This document shows, in pieces, positions 36,939-46,258 of a stretch of 64,000 nt of DNA. The position numbers were made by a program, and so were the translations under genes. Within the stretch, counting starts at the first letter, position 1. Each line of letters opens with the position of its first letter. Source of the stretch: an uncultured Gemmatimonadales bacterium (lineage in GTDB: Bacteria; Gemmatimonadota; Gemmatimonadetes; Longimicrobiales; RSA9); NCBI GenBank assembly GCA_963783305.1, contig CAWAMW010000016.1, forward strand, positions 1 to 64,000, in the 5' to 3' direction. Under the pieces are notes generated by a model. The model did no database searches. It saw nothing but the letters and a program-made list of their open reading frames with translations, and was not told the origin of the DNA.

Positions 36939-37124
36939 CGGGGTGCTGAAGGAGTCACAGGGGGGGGTCGAGGGTCGATCCTCGGGGTCGCTTCGCTTCC
37001 CGAGGACCCCGCTGGCGCGGGGGGTCGATCGCCCGCGCTTCGCGCGAGGCGACCGCGCTGCGCGCGGCGTCGAAGCCATCGATCAGCGAGCGCAGCTCCC
37101 GCCCACCGCTTTTCAGCGACCTGC
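36939..37124. repeat. MITE/REP-like structured element between convergent genes
   Basis: Imperfect terminal inverted repeats GCGGGGTGCTGAAGGAG / CTTTTCAGCGACCTGC enclosing several GC hairpins with GCTTCGC/GCTGCGC loops. Confidence 0.45.
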
Positions 37125-37138
37125 CAGGGCCGCGGTGA

Positions 37139-37954
37139 TCAGTACTGAACGCCGAGCTGACTGGTTGCGCCGCGTCCGCTGGCGATCAGCTCGACCGTCC
37201 AGTTGTAGGGATCGATGCCTTCGGCGTCCTGCTCCTGATACGAGCGGCTGTACCTCACCATCCCGCCCGGCACGTCATCCACCAGCCACCACTCGTAGGT
37301 GCCTGCATCCATTCCGCCGTAGCGGAGGTGTTGGGCCGTGTAGGAGCCGGCCGGCACCCGTACGGTCTCGCTGCCCACGATAGCGCCTTCCATGCTCTCC
37401 CGGGTCAGCCGCCGGGGCTCGACGTACCCGTAGGTCCCCTCCTCCACAGGCATCTCGCTCGCCTCTTCTTCGCCGGGCATCTGGCCGCGCATCCGGACGA
37501 ATTCGCCGGTGTCGGGTTCGAATAGCGCCTCGACGGTGATGCTGTCCCGGCCTTCCTCGGTGGCCGAGATGTACTTCACCCGCCACCACTCGCGCCCGTC
37601 CTCCCCGCGGTGCAGGAACGCCCGCTCCATCTCCGGCGCCTCGCCCCCGGCGTCGGCGTCCATCATGCGCCACCGCGTCCATTCGCCGGGCTCGTAGTCC
37701 GTGCCCGGGAAGGTGTATGACCCCGAGTGGAACGCCATGGTCAGCAGGTAGTTCATGTATATGCCTGTCAGGTTCGGCGACCAGAGGACGGGCATTCTCG
37801 CCGCCAGTGCGCTCCCGGCCGCCGCGCCCACTCTATCGCCGACCGCGTTGCCGACGCCGCGACCTGCCGCATCGAGCGCGCTGTCCAGCGTGGAGGCACA
37901 CCCGCCCAGAGTGAGAGCGGATGCGAGGATGAGAGATGTGCGCAATGACGTCAT
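37139..37954 (-). CDS. Hypothetical lipoprotein
   Basis: Lipobox LGGC; GSETVRVPAGSY motif; GGAGG RBS. Confidence 0.8.
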   Translation of the reverse strand: MTSLRTSLILASALTLGGCASTLDSALDAAGRGVGNAVGDRVGAAAGSALAARMPVLWSPNLTGIYMNYLLTMAFHSGSYTFPGTDYEPGEWTRWRMMDADAGGEAPEMERAFLHRGEDGREWWRVKYISATEEGRDSITVEALFEPDTGEFVRMRGQMPGEEEASEMPVEEGTYGYVEPRRLTRESMEGAIVGSETVRVPAGSYTAQHLRYGGMDAGTYEWWLVDDVPGGMVRYSRSYQEQDAEGIDPYNWTVELIASGRGATSQLGVQY

Positions 37955-38024
37955 GGTGATCCTCCGGCTGAGAACGCAGTACTGAAGGGGGCGACCGATC
38001 GGCCGTCGAGGCTGCAACACATTG

Positions 38025-38053
38025 AGTTTATACTGCGAGGCAGTCGCCTTCAA
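38025..38053 (-). promoter_or_regulatory. Sigma70-type promoter for the 37954 gene
   Basis: Minus strand TTGAAG, 17 bp, TAAACT. Confidence 0.55.
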
Positions 38054-38145
38054 GGTTCTTGGCCCGGCGCCGGGCCGCGCCATTGCGCCCGGGGACACAA
38101 TGATTCGTGCTCCAGGAGGCCATGGGGGCAGGCAGCCCGGCCGTC

Positions 38146-39033
38146 TCATCGAACCACGAGCTGCGCGAGCAGCTCCTGGATTGCCGTGCGCCAGACCAGA
38201 GGCGCGCCGGGCAGATCGGAGCGAACGGCGGTCCGGACGGCGTGGACGTCGTGGTCCGAGATGAGCTCGTGGGCTCCCAGTGAGACGAGCACGATGTTCG
38301 TCCGCCGGGCGAGCAGCCCCTCGGCGCCGATCCGCTCGGCCCGGCCGGTGGCGTCCACGAGTGCGCCGGTGAGCTGGAGAACCTGGACGGGCTGGTCCAG
38401 CGCCGTCAGCCACGGGACCCGCGCGGTGTGATCGGTGCCGAGCCGCACCTCCTTGTCACCTCTGAAGTTCCGCTGGTGTGGCCAGTACTGCCCGACCTCC
38501 AGCGTGAGCACGAGGACCCGGTCCGCGCCCACCTCGGCGAGGGCCGCCGGAAGCGCCGCCGCCCATTCGGAAGACGGCCGCCCCACGGACAGTCGCAGCA
38601 GGGGCTCGCCATGACGGTTCTGAGCGGCGCTTTCGTGGGTGCATTCGTCCAGGGGGGCGAGATCGCAGCCGAACCGCACATCGGGTGCGACGCCGCGCAC
38701 GGGCGTGGTGAGCGGAGTGGTCACCGCGAGGGAGTCGAGGTACGCGTTCATCTCGGCCAGCAGTGCCATGATGGGGCTGTCCGGTTGAGCTTCCGGATCG
38801 AACAGCTCGGCCTGCGCCGCGCCGCGCTGGTAGGCAATGGGCACGTGCGCTACCCGGCCGGTGGGGTGCGATCCCTCTCCAGCGTAGTACGGCGGCTCTT
38901 CCAGCAGGGCGTCGCCCACGCCGCTCCGGAACGTGGAGCCCGCGGTGGCGCAGCCTGCGGCGGAGAGCATGGTCAGGAGGGGCGCGATGAGAAGCCGTGG
39001 GACTCTGCGGAATCGGGGCTGCGGATGTGTCAT
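38146..39033 (-). CDS. Hypothetical lipoprotein
   Basis: Signal peptide with AAGC lipobox; globular composition. Confidence 0.75.
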   Translation of the reverse strand: MTHPQPRFRRVPRLLIAPLLTMLSAAGCATAGSTFRSGVGDALLEEPPYYAGEGSHPTGRVAHVPIAYQRGAAQAELFDPEAQPDSPIMALLAEMNAYLDSLAVTTPLTTPVRGVAPDVRFGCDLAPLDECTHESAAQNRHGEPLLRLSVGRPSSEWAAALPAALAEVGADRVLVLTLEVGQYWPHQRNFRGDKEVRLGTDHTARVPWLTALDQPVQVLQLTGALVDATGRAERIGAEGLLARRTNIVLVSLGAHELISDHDVHAVRTAVRSDLPGAPLVWRTAIQELLAQLVVR

Positions 39034-39194
39034 GGGATCCAGCCTCTTCTGGAGGGGGCGTCGGCGGCGGCTACATCGCTCGACTACGGTGTCGCCTCCT
39101 ATCTAGCCCGACCCGATTATCGAGCGATTAAAACGTCCTGCGACCGGCGCGTTGCGCGTTCTCATGTGGCCCACCCCTCCAACAGGAGCCCTTC

Positions 39195-39992
39195 ATGCGC
39201 CCGACCGTGCTCAGCCTCTTCCTCCTGACCTTCACCGCCATTCATGCGGCCTTCGCCGCCCCCGCCCGGGCGCAGGAGCAGGCCCAGCAGCAGGAGCCCG
39301 ACCCGGAGCGGTGCCGCGAGCACGCGGAGTGGCGGCAGCTCGATTTCTGGATCGGGAGCTGGGACGTGATCCACCCGGAGGATGGCCGGCGGCTGGGCGT
39401 GAACGTGATCGAGCCCATGCTGAACGGGTGCGCCCTGATGGAGAACTGGACCTCGGTTCGTGGCGGCACCGGGAAGAGTCTGAACTTCTACGACCCGCAG
39501 CGGCGGACCTGGCGGCAGGTCTGGGTCGACGCGTTCGGCAGCGTGCTCGACTACCGGAGCGGGGAGTTCCGGGACGGCGCGATGCACTTCAACGGCATCA
39601 CCATCAGTCCGGCCGGAGACACCACGTTCCAGAGGCTGACCTTCCACCACGTATCCGCGGACACCGTGCGGCAGGTGTTCCATTCATCGCAGGACGGGGG
39701 CGCGACGTGGACGGAGGACTGGGAGGGGATCTATGTCCGACGTGCGGCGGGCTCGCAGGGTGGGGGGGCGGGACCCCTGGCCGAGGCAAGTCGCTCCCGG
39801 ACCTCCCCCAGGATGCGGGCGTGCCCGGCTTCCGCCTCCGCGCGGCTGGTCCAGTACCAGCTGCCCTGCGTGTCATCGGGGAGCCCGGTGACGTCCGTGG
39901 CGAATGGCGCCGCGAGGTCCCCAGCGCTTCGACCGTGGTTGATTCCATTGAAAGTAGTGGCGACGCAGACGGTCCGGCCAGGCGGCGTGTAG
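39195..39992 (+). CDS. Secreted DUF1579-like beta-barrel protein with a probable read-through tail
   Basis: AGGAG RBS, signal peptide, LDFWIGSWDV, GKSLNFYD..WRQVWVD, SQDGGATW..W.GIYVR. The domain appears to end near 39745. Confidence 0.75.
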   Translation: MRPTVLSLFLLTFTAIHAAFAAPARAQEQAQQQEPDPERCREHAEWRQLDFWIGSWDVIHPEDGRRLGVNVIEPMLNGCALMENWTSVRGGTGKSLNFYDPQRRTWRQVWVDAFGSVLDYRSGEFRDGAMHFNGITISPAGDTTFQRLTFHHVSADTVRQVFHSSQDGGATWTEDWEGIYVRRAAGSQGGGAGPLAEASRSRTSPRMRACPASASARLVQYQLPCVSSGSPVTSVANGAARSPALRPWLIPLKVVATQTVRPGGV

Positions 39993-40288
39993 CGGGATCC
40001 TTCCCAGCCGCTGACGACGGGCGGCGCCGAAAGCATTCGCCCCTGTGCGTCGAGCCACGTCGTGGCGATCTCCAGGCGCCCGGAGCAGACCGCCAGTCGG
40101 ATCCAGTGGGCCCAGGCGTTGTAGTCCGGCGCCGGCACAGTGGTACGGCCGTCCGCCAGCAGGATCCAGTAATAGGGCAGTCCATTGACCTCGGCGGAGC
40201 CCCGGCCCTGGTCGCAGCCCGCGCCGATCCGATGCGGCGCTCCCTCCGCGCGCCCTTCCGACCCTGGCACAGCTGGCCTTGGCTCCAT
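39731..40288 (-). CDS. Hypothetical protein resembling a phage-associated small protein family
   Basis: YWILL..VPAPDY..WAHW...VATTFNGINH...FATDV...WTSRAEAEAGH pattern; start uncertain. Confidence 0.55.
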   Translation of the reverse strand: MEPRPAVPGSEGRAEGAPHRIGAGCDQGRGSAEVNGLPYYWILLADGRTTVPAPDYNAWAHWIRLAVCSGRLEIATTWLDAQGRMLSAPPVVSGWEGSRYTPPGRTVCVATTFNGINHGRSAGDLAAPFATDVTGLPDDTQGSWYWTSRAEAEAGHARILGEVRERLASARGPAPPPCEPAARRT

Positions 40289-40470
40289 GGCGTATACGGA
40301 TACCTCTCGCCCATCACCCGGGCGTCATTCCGGGCCGTGTGGCGTGCGAAGGCCGATCGGGCATGCGGTGGCTGGCCGGCCCCGTCCTGGCTCGGAGAAC
40401 AGGGGCGGGGGCGGGCAATTCGCTTCATTGCAGGGGCAGGGGTGGCACTGTACGTTGCCGCGGAGGAGTG

Positions 40471-42318
40471 ATGACGCTCATGAACCGACCCAAACTGCGC
40501 GTCGTGACGTTCGGGCAGCTCGACCTGGTGCTCGAAGGTGGCGAGCCCGCGGAGGCGCTCCTTGCGCAGCCGAAGCGGGCGGCGGTGCTGATCCACCTGG
40601 TGCTGACGTCCCAGGCCGGGATGAGGACCCGGGACCAGCTGCAGGCCATGTTCTGGCCGGAAGCGGAGCCCGCGCGGGCGCAGCACTCGTTGCGTCAGGC
40701 CCTACACGTCCTCCGCCAGCACCTCCCTCCGGACGTGATCTCGAGCCGGGGCGGACACGCCGTGGGTGTGAGAGCGGACGTCGTGCGCTGCGACGCCCAC
40801 GAGTTCCGCGAGCTGGTGGGCGCGGAGCGGCTGGAGGAGGCGCTCTCGCTCTACACGGGAGATCTTCTCCCGGGGCTCTTCCTGGGGGAGGGGGCGGGGT
40901 TCCACGAATGGCTGGAGGGGGAGCGTCGGCTCCTGCGGCAGCTGGCGGTGTCCGTGGCGCTGCGGCTTGCGCGCCGTCAGTCGAGCGATGGGCGCAGATC
41001 GGACGCGGTGGGCACGCTGCACCAGGCCCTCCGCCGCGCGCCGCTGGACGAGGTGGTGCTGCGGGACGTGCTGGAGCTCCTGCTGCTCATGGGGGACCGA
41101 GCGACGGCGTCGGAGATCTATCGTGACTTCGTCCAGCGGCTGGGTGTGGAGCTGGGGCTCGAGCCATCCCCCGAGACGGCGGCTCTCGGAGCGGCGGTGG
41201 AGCATGCGATCCCCCGGCCGTCCTCCGTTCCTGCCGGGTCCGTCACGTCCGGCGCGGAGCCGGCGCGATCGGGGGCCGGGAACGGTGCTGCGGCCGGGAA
41301 CGGTGTTGCGACGGGCGCGGTCTCGCCGGGTCTCCCGTCGAGCCCCGTGGCGCTGGACGTCTTCCACCTGTACCAGAAGGGGCGGATGCTGGTGGAGCAG
41401 CGGACGCCGGGCGCGGTCCGGCAGGCGATCCGTTCGTTCGAGCAGGCGGTGCGTCTGGAGCCGCGCTTCGCGGAGGCGCACGACGGGCTGGCCGAGGCGT
41501 GGATGGTGCTGCCGGTCTACGTGCGGATGCCGGCGGACGAGGCGCGAGCCCGCGTTCTCCATCACGCGGAGCAGGCGCTGCGCCTCGATCCGACCCTGGC
41601 ATCCGCGCACGCCCACCAGGCGTGGGCCCGTCTGGTCTTCGACTGGGACTGGGAGGCGGCGGAGTCCGGCTTCGTGCAATCTCTTGAACTGGATCCGCGC
41701 GCGGTGGAGCCCCGCCTCACCTATGCGGTGTACCTCCTCTCGAGCATGGGCCGGTTCGATGAAGCGGTCGCCGAGCTCGAGGCCGGCCGGGCCCTTCAGC
41801 CCACCGCGCCGCACCTGACCGCCTACCTGGGGCTGGTCCGCTATTTCGCACGGGACTACGAGCGGTCGCTGCAGGAGTGCTCGGCGGTCCTGGACCTGGC
41901 GCCCGACTTCCCGCTGGCGAACTGGGTGTGTACGTGGGCGGAGGGTGCCCTCGGCAATGGCGAAGCGGCGCTGACCGCCGCTCGAAAGGCCGTGGAGGCG
42001 ACGCAGCGGAACCCGCTCATGCTCTCGCACCAAGGCTACGCGGCGGCGGTGGCCGGGGATGCGGCGCAGGCGCGTGGCATCCTGTGCGAACTGGAGGGGG
42101 CGAGTCCGGTCGGCGACGCGATTCCCGAGTTCTTCACTGCGGCGATCCACGCCGCCCTCGGCGAGCCGGACGTCGCCCTCGAGCAACTCTATCGCGCGTA
42201 CCGAGAGCGATCCCCCCATATGGTGCTTGCTCCCATGATTCCCCTCTTCGACTCACTCCGTGAGCATCGTCGGTTCGGCGAGATCGCCAGCCGGATGGGA
42301 CTCGTCGCCGTGAGCTGA
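40471..42318 (+). CDS. SARP/BTAD-type transcriptional activator with C-terminal TPRs
   Basis: QPKRAAVL..L, RDQL..FWPE, LRQAL, LYTGDLLPG, F.EWL, LGLEPSPET; TPR C-terminus with DWDW..AE; GGAGG RBS. Confidence 0.88.
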   Translation: MTLMNRPKLRVVTFGQLDLVLEGGEPAEALLAQPKRAAVLIHLVLTSQAGMRTRDQLQAMFWPEAEPARAQHSLRQALHVLRQHLPPDVISSRGGHAVGVRADVVRCDAHEFRELVGAERLEEALSLYTGDLLPGLFLGEGAGFHEWLEGERRLLRQLAVSVALRLARRQSSDGRRSDAVGTLHQALRRAPLDEVVLRDVLELLLLMGDRATASEIYRDFVQRLGVELGLEPSPETAALGAAVEHAIPRPSSVPAGSVTSGAEPARSGAGNGAAAGNGVATGAVSPGLPSSPVALDVFHLYQKGRMLVEQRTPGAVRQAIRSFEQAVRLEPRFAEAHDGLAEAWMVLPVYVRMPADEARARVLHHAEQALRLDPTLASAHAHQAWARLVFDWDWEAAESGFVQSLELDPRAVEPRLTYAVYLLSSMGRFDEAVAELEAGRALQPTAPHLTAYLGLVRYFARDYERSLQECSAVLDLAPDFPLANWVCTWAEGALGNGEAALTAARKAVEATQRNPLMLSHQGYAAAVAGDAAQARGILCELEGASPVGDAIPEFFTAAIHAALGEPDVALEQLYRAYRERSPHMVLAPMIPLFDSLREHRRFGEIASRMGLVAVS

Positions 42319-42403
42319 TGTACCGGAATTGACGCCGAGATGACGTTCCCGCCTCAGTGTTCCCGGAACGCTGGCAGATTCAGGCGGTCCGGGAGTATCC
42401 CAG

Positions 42404-44632
42404 ATGGAGTTCAGATTTCCTTTCGCCCACCGGCTGGTGGTGGGCTTCACGGCGGTTGTGGCCATTGTGGGTGTCGTGGCCGCGGCGCCATCCCCCGCCG
42501 CGCTCGCCCGTCCCGTCCAGGGGGCTGATGCAGAGCTGGAGCGGGTCTTCACGGCGGTGGCCGAAGGGGTTCGCTACGAGCCGTACCGTGGCATAGCCCG
42601 GGATGGCGCGACCACGGCGCTCATGGGGAGCGGGAACAGCTTCGACCAGTCGGTGCTGCTGGCCGAACGGCTCCGCTCCGAGGGGTATCAGGTCCGATTC
42701 GTACGCGGACACCTGGAGCCGGACAACCTCCGAGTCCTGCTGCGGGGGATGTACCCGCCTCGGCTGCCCGGGACGGTGGTGGGCGACGAGTACGCGCCGT
42801 TCTATCCGGAGAAGGACGCCGAGCTGCGCCATGCGGCCGAGGATCACGTCTGGGTGGAGGTCTTCCAGGGAGACGACTGGCTCCCCCTGGACCCCTCGTA
42901 TCCCCGGGCCAGGATCGGCGAGGCGTACGCACGGGCGCGGGAAACGTTCCCGGCGCCCGGTGAGGCGGACCATCAGAGGGTCACCCTCGTGCTGCACGAG
43001 AGTGACGGGCGGGGTCGGGAAAGGGAGCTGACGCGACTGAGCGGTCGCGTATCGGAGCTGGCGCTGGCGCCGATCACGCTGGTGGCGCGCGCGGTCCCGG
43101 TGACCGGTGAGCCGGAACCGGCGGCTGGCGGGAGCCCTGCCCGAAGCACGGGGATGTTCGGAGAGGCGCTGGCCGGCGAGGATGTGGTGGTGGAGGAGGA
43201 GCCGGGACGGCCCGAGGTGATCGGGACGGGGCTGGTCCGGACCCTCGACGCCAGCGGCGGGCTGGTGGATCTCCCCGGGACGGTCGTCCTGAAGGACGGC
43301 GGGGAAGCGCCGCGCCGGGAGTGGCTCACCGTGGAGATCGCCGTGCCGGGAGAGCCGCGGCGAGTCGTGGAGCGGGAGCTCCTGCCGGCGGCCGCTCCAA
43401 TGGCGACGTATCGCCGGCACACCGTGACGATCGTGAACGGGCCGGTGAGCGCGGATCTGGTGGAGCAGAGCCGCCGTTACGCTGGAGAGTCGGCCCGCCT
43501 CGATGAACGACGGGGACTGGTGCGGAAGGCCGGCCGGGTGCGCGGAGACGATGCCGGCGCGAACGCCGTGGCGCGGCGAGTGGGGCGGATGGGCGACGTG
43601 GCCGGAGCCGTCTCGGGCCACGTCCTGAACCTTCTGTTCACCCGGGACTCCGATGCGCTCACCCGTGCGGTGGCCGCGCGATCGGGCGCGGCCCTCTCAT
43701 GGCCGCGCCCGAGGGTGTTCATCACGACACTGGTGCTCCCGGACGCAGGAGGGAGCGAGACGGGGTCGCTGAGCCTGGACCTGCGGGTCAACGACATTGG
43801 TGTGCACCCGTATCCAGGGCTCCCGTCCCGTCTCGCACCCCTGCTCCAGACGGCCCGCGGTCTCCAGGACGCATCTCTCGAAGGCTCCATCGTGGCCCGC
43901 GCGGCGGGCGGTCGGGCGGTGTCCGCCGGCGCGGTGCTCGAGGCGGCGGTGCGGGAGGGGGTGCCGCTGCACGTGGTGCGTCCCGGCGGGACGACCGACG
44001 ATCGCGGTCTGCCGGCGGAGGTCGAGCGTCAGGTTCGGACGAGCCTGGCGGATGGCTACGAGGTCGTGCTGCCGGAGCGGGCGGTGGAGCTGGAGTCGGA
44101 GGAGCGCTGGGCGTGGCTCCGGGTGGACCCCGCGACGGGCGGTCTACTGGCCATCACGGAGGGTGGAGAGCACCAGGGCATGACGCAGTACACGCTGTCG
44201 GGGTCCAGCATCGGCCTGAACGACAAGATGGGGCTGGCCGTGGGGGCGATCGTCGGTGCGACCACGACGGAGTTCATGGTGGCGGGCGGCATCCTGAAGT
44301 ACGGGGGCGCCAGCGATGAGATGGTGGCGTACGTGGAGAAGCATTTGACGGCGCTGCTCTGCAACAGCTGCCGGACGGGCGCGGGCGCGTCCGCGGGCGT
44401 CAGTCTTGGAGGCGGCTCGGCCTCCATGGGCTGTTTCGAGGTGGAGAAGAAGGCGAGTGGAGAGGTGGGCGTCAAAGTCACCATCCCGTTCTGTGAGAGT
44501 TATCAGAAGGGATTCGAGTGCGCCTCCGGTCTGCTGCTGAGCGGGTTGAAGGAGGAGAGCGCGCTGAACGCGAGCGCGGAGGTCAGCGACGCCGCATGGT
44601 CGCCTCCCGAGGTCAGCCTTGGCTGTGAGTAA
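42404..44632 (+). CDS. Exported transglutaminase-like-domain protein with Cys-rich C-terminus
   Basis: Signal-like N-terminus; VRYEPYRG, GNSFDQSVLL, DHVWVEV, WLPLDPS; W.RVDPATG; 6 Cys in the last ~90 aa. Confidence 0.75.
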   Translation: MEFRFPFAHRLVVGFTAVVAIVGVVAAAPSPAALARPVQGADAELERVFTAVAEGVRYEPYRGIARDGATTALMGSGNSFDQSVLLAERLRSEGYQVRFVRGHLEPDNLRVLLRGMYPPRLPGTVVGDEYAPFYPEKDAELRHAAEDHVWVEVFQGDDWLPLDPSYPRARIGEAYARARETFPAPGEADHQRVTLVLHESDGRGRERELTRLSGRVSELALAPITLVARAVPVTGEPEPAAGGSPARSTGMFGEALAGEDVVVEEEPGRPEVIGTGLVRTLDASGGLVDLPGTVVLKDGGEAPRREWLTVEIAVPGEPRRVVERELLPAAAPMATYRRHTVTIVNGPVSADLVEQSRRYAGESARLDERRGLVRKAGRVRGDDAGANAVARRVGRMGDVAGAVSGHVLNLLFTRDSDALTRAVAARSGAALSWPRPRVFITTLVLPDAGGSETGSLSLDLRVNDIGVHPYPGLPSRLAPLLQTARGLQDASLEGSIVARAAGGRAVSAGAVLEAAVREGVPLHVVRPGGTTDDRGLPAEVERQVRTSLADGYEVVLPERAVELESEERWAWLRVDPATGGLLAITEGGEHQGMTQYTLSGSSIGLNDKMGLAVGAIVGATTTEFMVAGGILKYGGASDEMVAYVEKHLTALLCNSCRTGAGASAGVSLGGGSASMGCFEVEKKASGEVGVKVTIPFCESYQKGFECASGLLLSGLKEESALNASAEVSDAAWSPPEVSLGCE

Positions 44633-44644
44633 GGGAGGAATCGG

Positions 44645-46258
44645 ATGAGTCGGCGAGTGGCGGAGCTGCCTGGCGCAAGGTTGGTGATGGCCTTGTGGGT
44701 CACCGCGCTCGCCGGGTGCGGCCGGGAGGAGGGATCGGCCGATGCGGGGCGGGAGTCGTCGGTTCCCGCGACCGCGGAAGAAGTCGTCACGGGTGATGGA
44801 GCGTCCGTGGCCGCGTCCACGGCGGAGGACTCGCTCCTGTCGAGCGGCGTGGCGTTCCCCGTGATGGCGTCGGATCTGCCGGGCCGGCTCGCGTTCTGGG
44901 GTGGCGGCTCGCCCGCCGACCTCGACGCGTATCCCGCCCCCGTCCCGGTGGCCCGAGTGACGCGTGTGACCGCGATTCCTCGGCTGAGGGCGGACCCTGG
45001 ATTCGCCGGGCCGACGGAGGGCGCGAACCGGGCCGTACGGGTGACGACAGCGGGGGTGTCCCGGCAGCGCGGACTGTTCGGCACGGAGGCGCCGGGCGGG
45101 TGGACCTTCCTGGTGGTGAGCACAGAGTGGGAGAACATCCATCCCCGCGAGCGCGTTCGGAAAGACCGTCGTCCTGACCGCACCATGGGCCTCGGCAATT
45201 TCGCGAACGCGTCACCCCCTCCTTCCTCGAGCGAGATGGTGGAGGCCGATGTCGCGTACCAGGTCCCCGCGTTCGTGGATCACGCCTATGTGGTTGTGGG
45301 AGGCAGGGCCCGTGCGCTGCACCCCGCGACGGAGGCGTTGGAGGACGGAGCGCGGCTGCGGGAGGAGTTCACGCTGCCACGGCTGGGGGACCGGCGGCGC
45401 GTCCGCTTCGCCTACCTCGTGCCGGAAGCCGCCACCGACATCGCGCTCCGCTACCTCGACTACAGTTATGGCCAGATCGAGCTCCCCCTCCTGGGGAGCC
45501 CGGAGTCGGCGGCGCGGGCGGACCGCACATCACGACCGCTCGACCGGCTGGAGCACCAGTCGCTGGAGCTGGCGGTGGACGCATTCGAGACTCTCGACTC
45601 GGGCTCGGAGCCCGGGCGGAGAACGGCCCGTGTAACCCTCGCCGGGAAGAGCCTGTCGCAGGTGCGTGAAGGGATCCGGGACATCGTCCAGCTGCCCCTG
45701 ATGGAGAGCGTCTGGCTCGAGCTCGATGGCGGCTACGTCATCGCGCCGGCGGAGTCCAGCAGCGACCCGCTGCGCTTCACACCCGAGCTGTTCCAGGAGC
45801 AGACGATCCTCTTCCATATCCCCGAGCGCGTCGACGGCGCTTCCCTCGGCGTCCGAATCGCCAACGACGTCTACCACCTGGAGCTCGGGCTCGCCCGCCC
45901 ACGGGGGCTGCCCCGTCCGCGATCGTCGCTTCGGGACGGCGATGTCCTGGAGGTGCGCTACTTCGGTCAACGCATCGACGGGGAGCACCTCATCCTGGAT
46001 CTCGGCCTAGTGCCCGTCGGTGAGGCGACCGGAGTGGATGTCCAGGTGGCTGCGCAGTTCCGGGTGAGAGCCGGGTCGGAGGACCTCCGGATCGATCGGA
46101 ATGCCACGCAGGCGCTGCCCCACGGCCGAGCGTACGACTTCGTGCTCGCTCCCGGCACGCCGATCCGTTTCGAGCTGGCCTACCGTGTACCGCCGGGTGG
46201 CGCCCCCACGGCCCTGCGGTACCGGGGCTTCACGCTGGAAGGCGAGCTGGAGCTGTGA
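44645..46258 (+). CDS. Hypothetical lipoprotein, probably tandem beta-sandwich domains
   Basis: Lipobox LAGC; recurring strand patterns (VRFAYLVP, TILFHIP, FELAYRVP); GGAGG RBS. Confidence 0.75.
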   Translation: MSRRVAELPGARLVMALWVTALAGCGREEGSADAGRESSVPATAEEVVTGDGASVAASTAEDSLLSSGVAFPVMASDLPGRLAFWGGGSPADLDAYPAPVPVARVTRVTAIPRLRADPGFAGPTEGANRAVRVTTAGVSRQRGLFGTEAPGGWTFLVVSTEWENIHPRERVRKDRRPDRTMGLGNFANASPPPSSSEMVEADVAYQVPAFVDHAYVVVGGRARALHPATEALEDGARLREEFTLPRLGDRRRVRFAYLVPEAATDIALRYLDYSYGQIELPLLGSPESAARADRTSRPLDRLEHQSLELAVDAFETLDSGSEPGRRTARVTLAGKSLSQVREGIRDIVQLPLMESVWLELDGGYVIAPAESSSDPLRFTPELFQEQTILFHIPERVDGASLGVRIANDVYHLELGLARPRGLPRPRSSLRDGDVLEVRYFGQRIDGEHLILDLGLVPVGEATGVDVQVAAQFRVRAGSEDLRIDRNATQALPHGRAYDFVLAPGTPIRFELAYRVPPGGAPTALRYRGFTLEGELEL

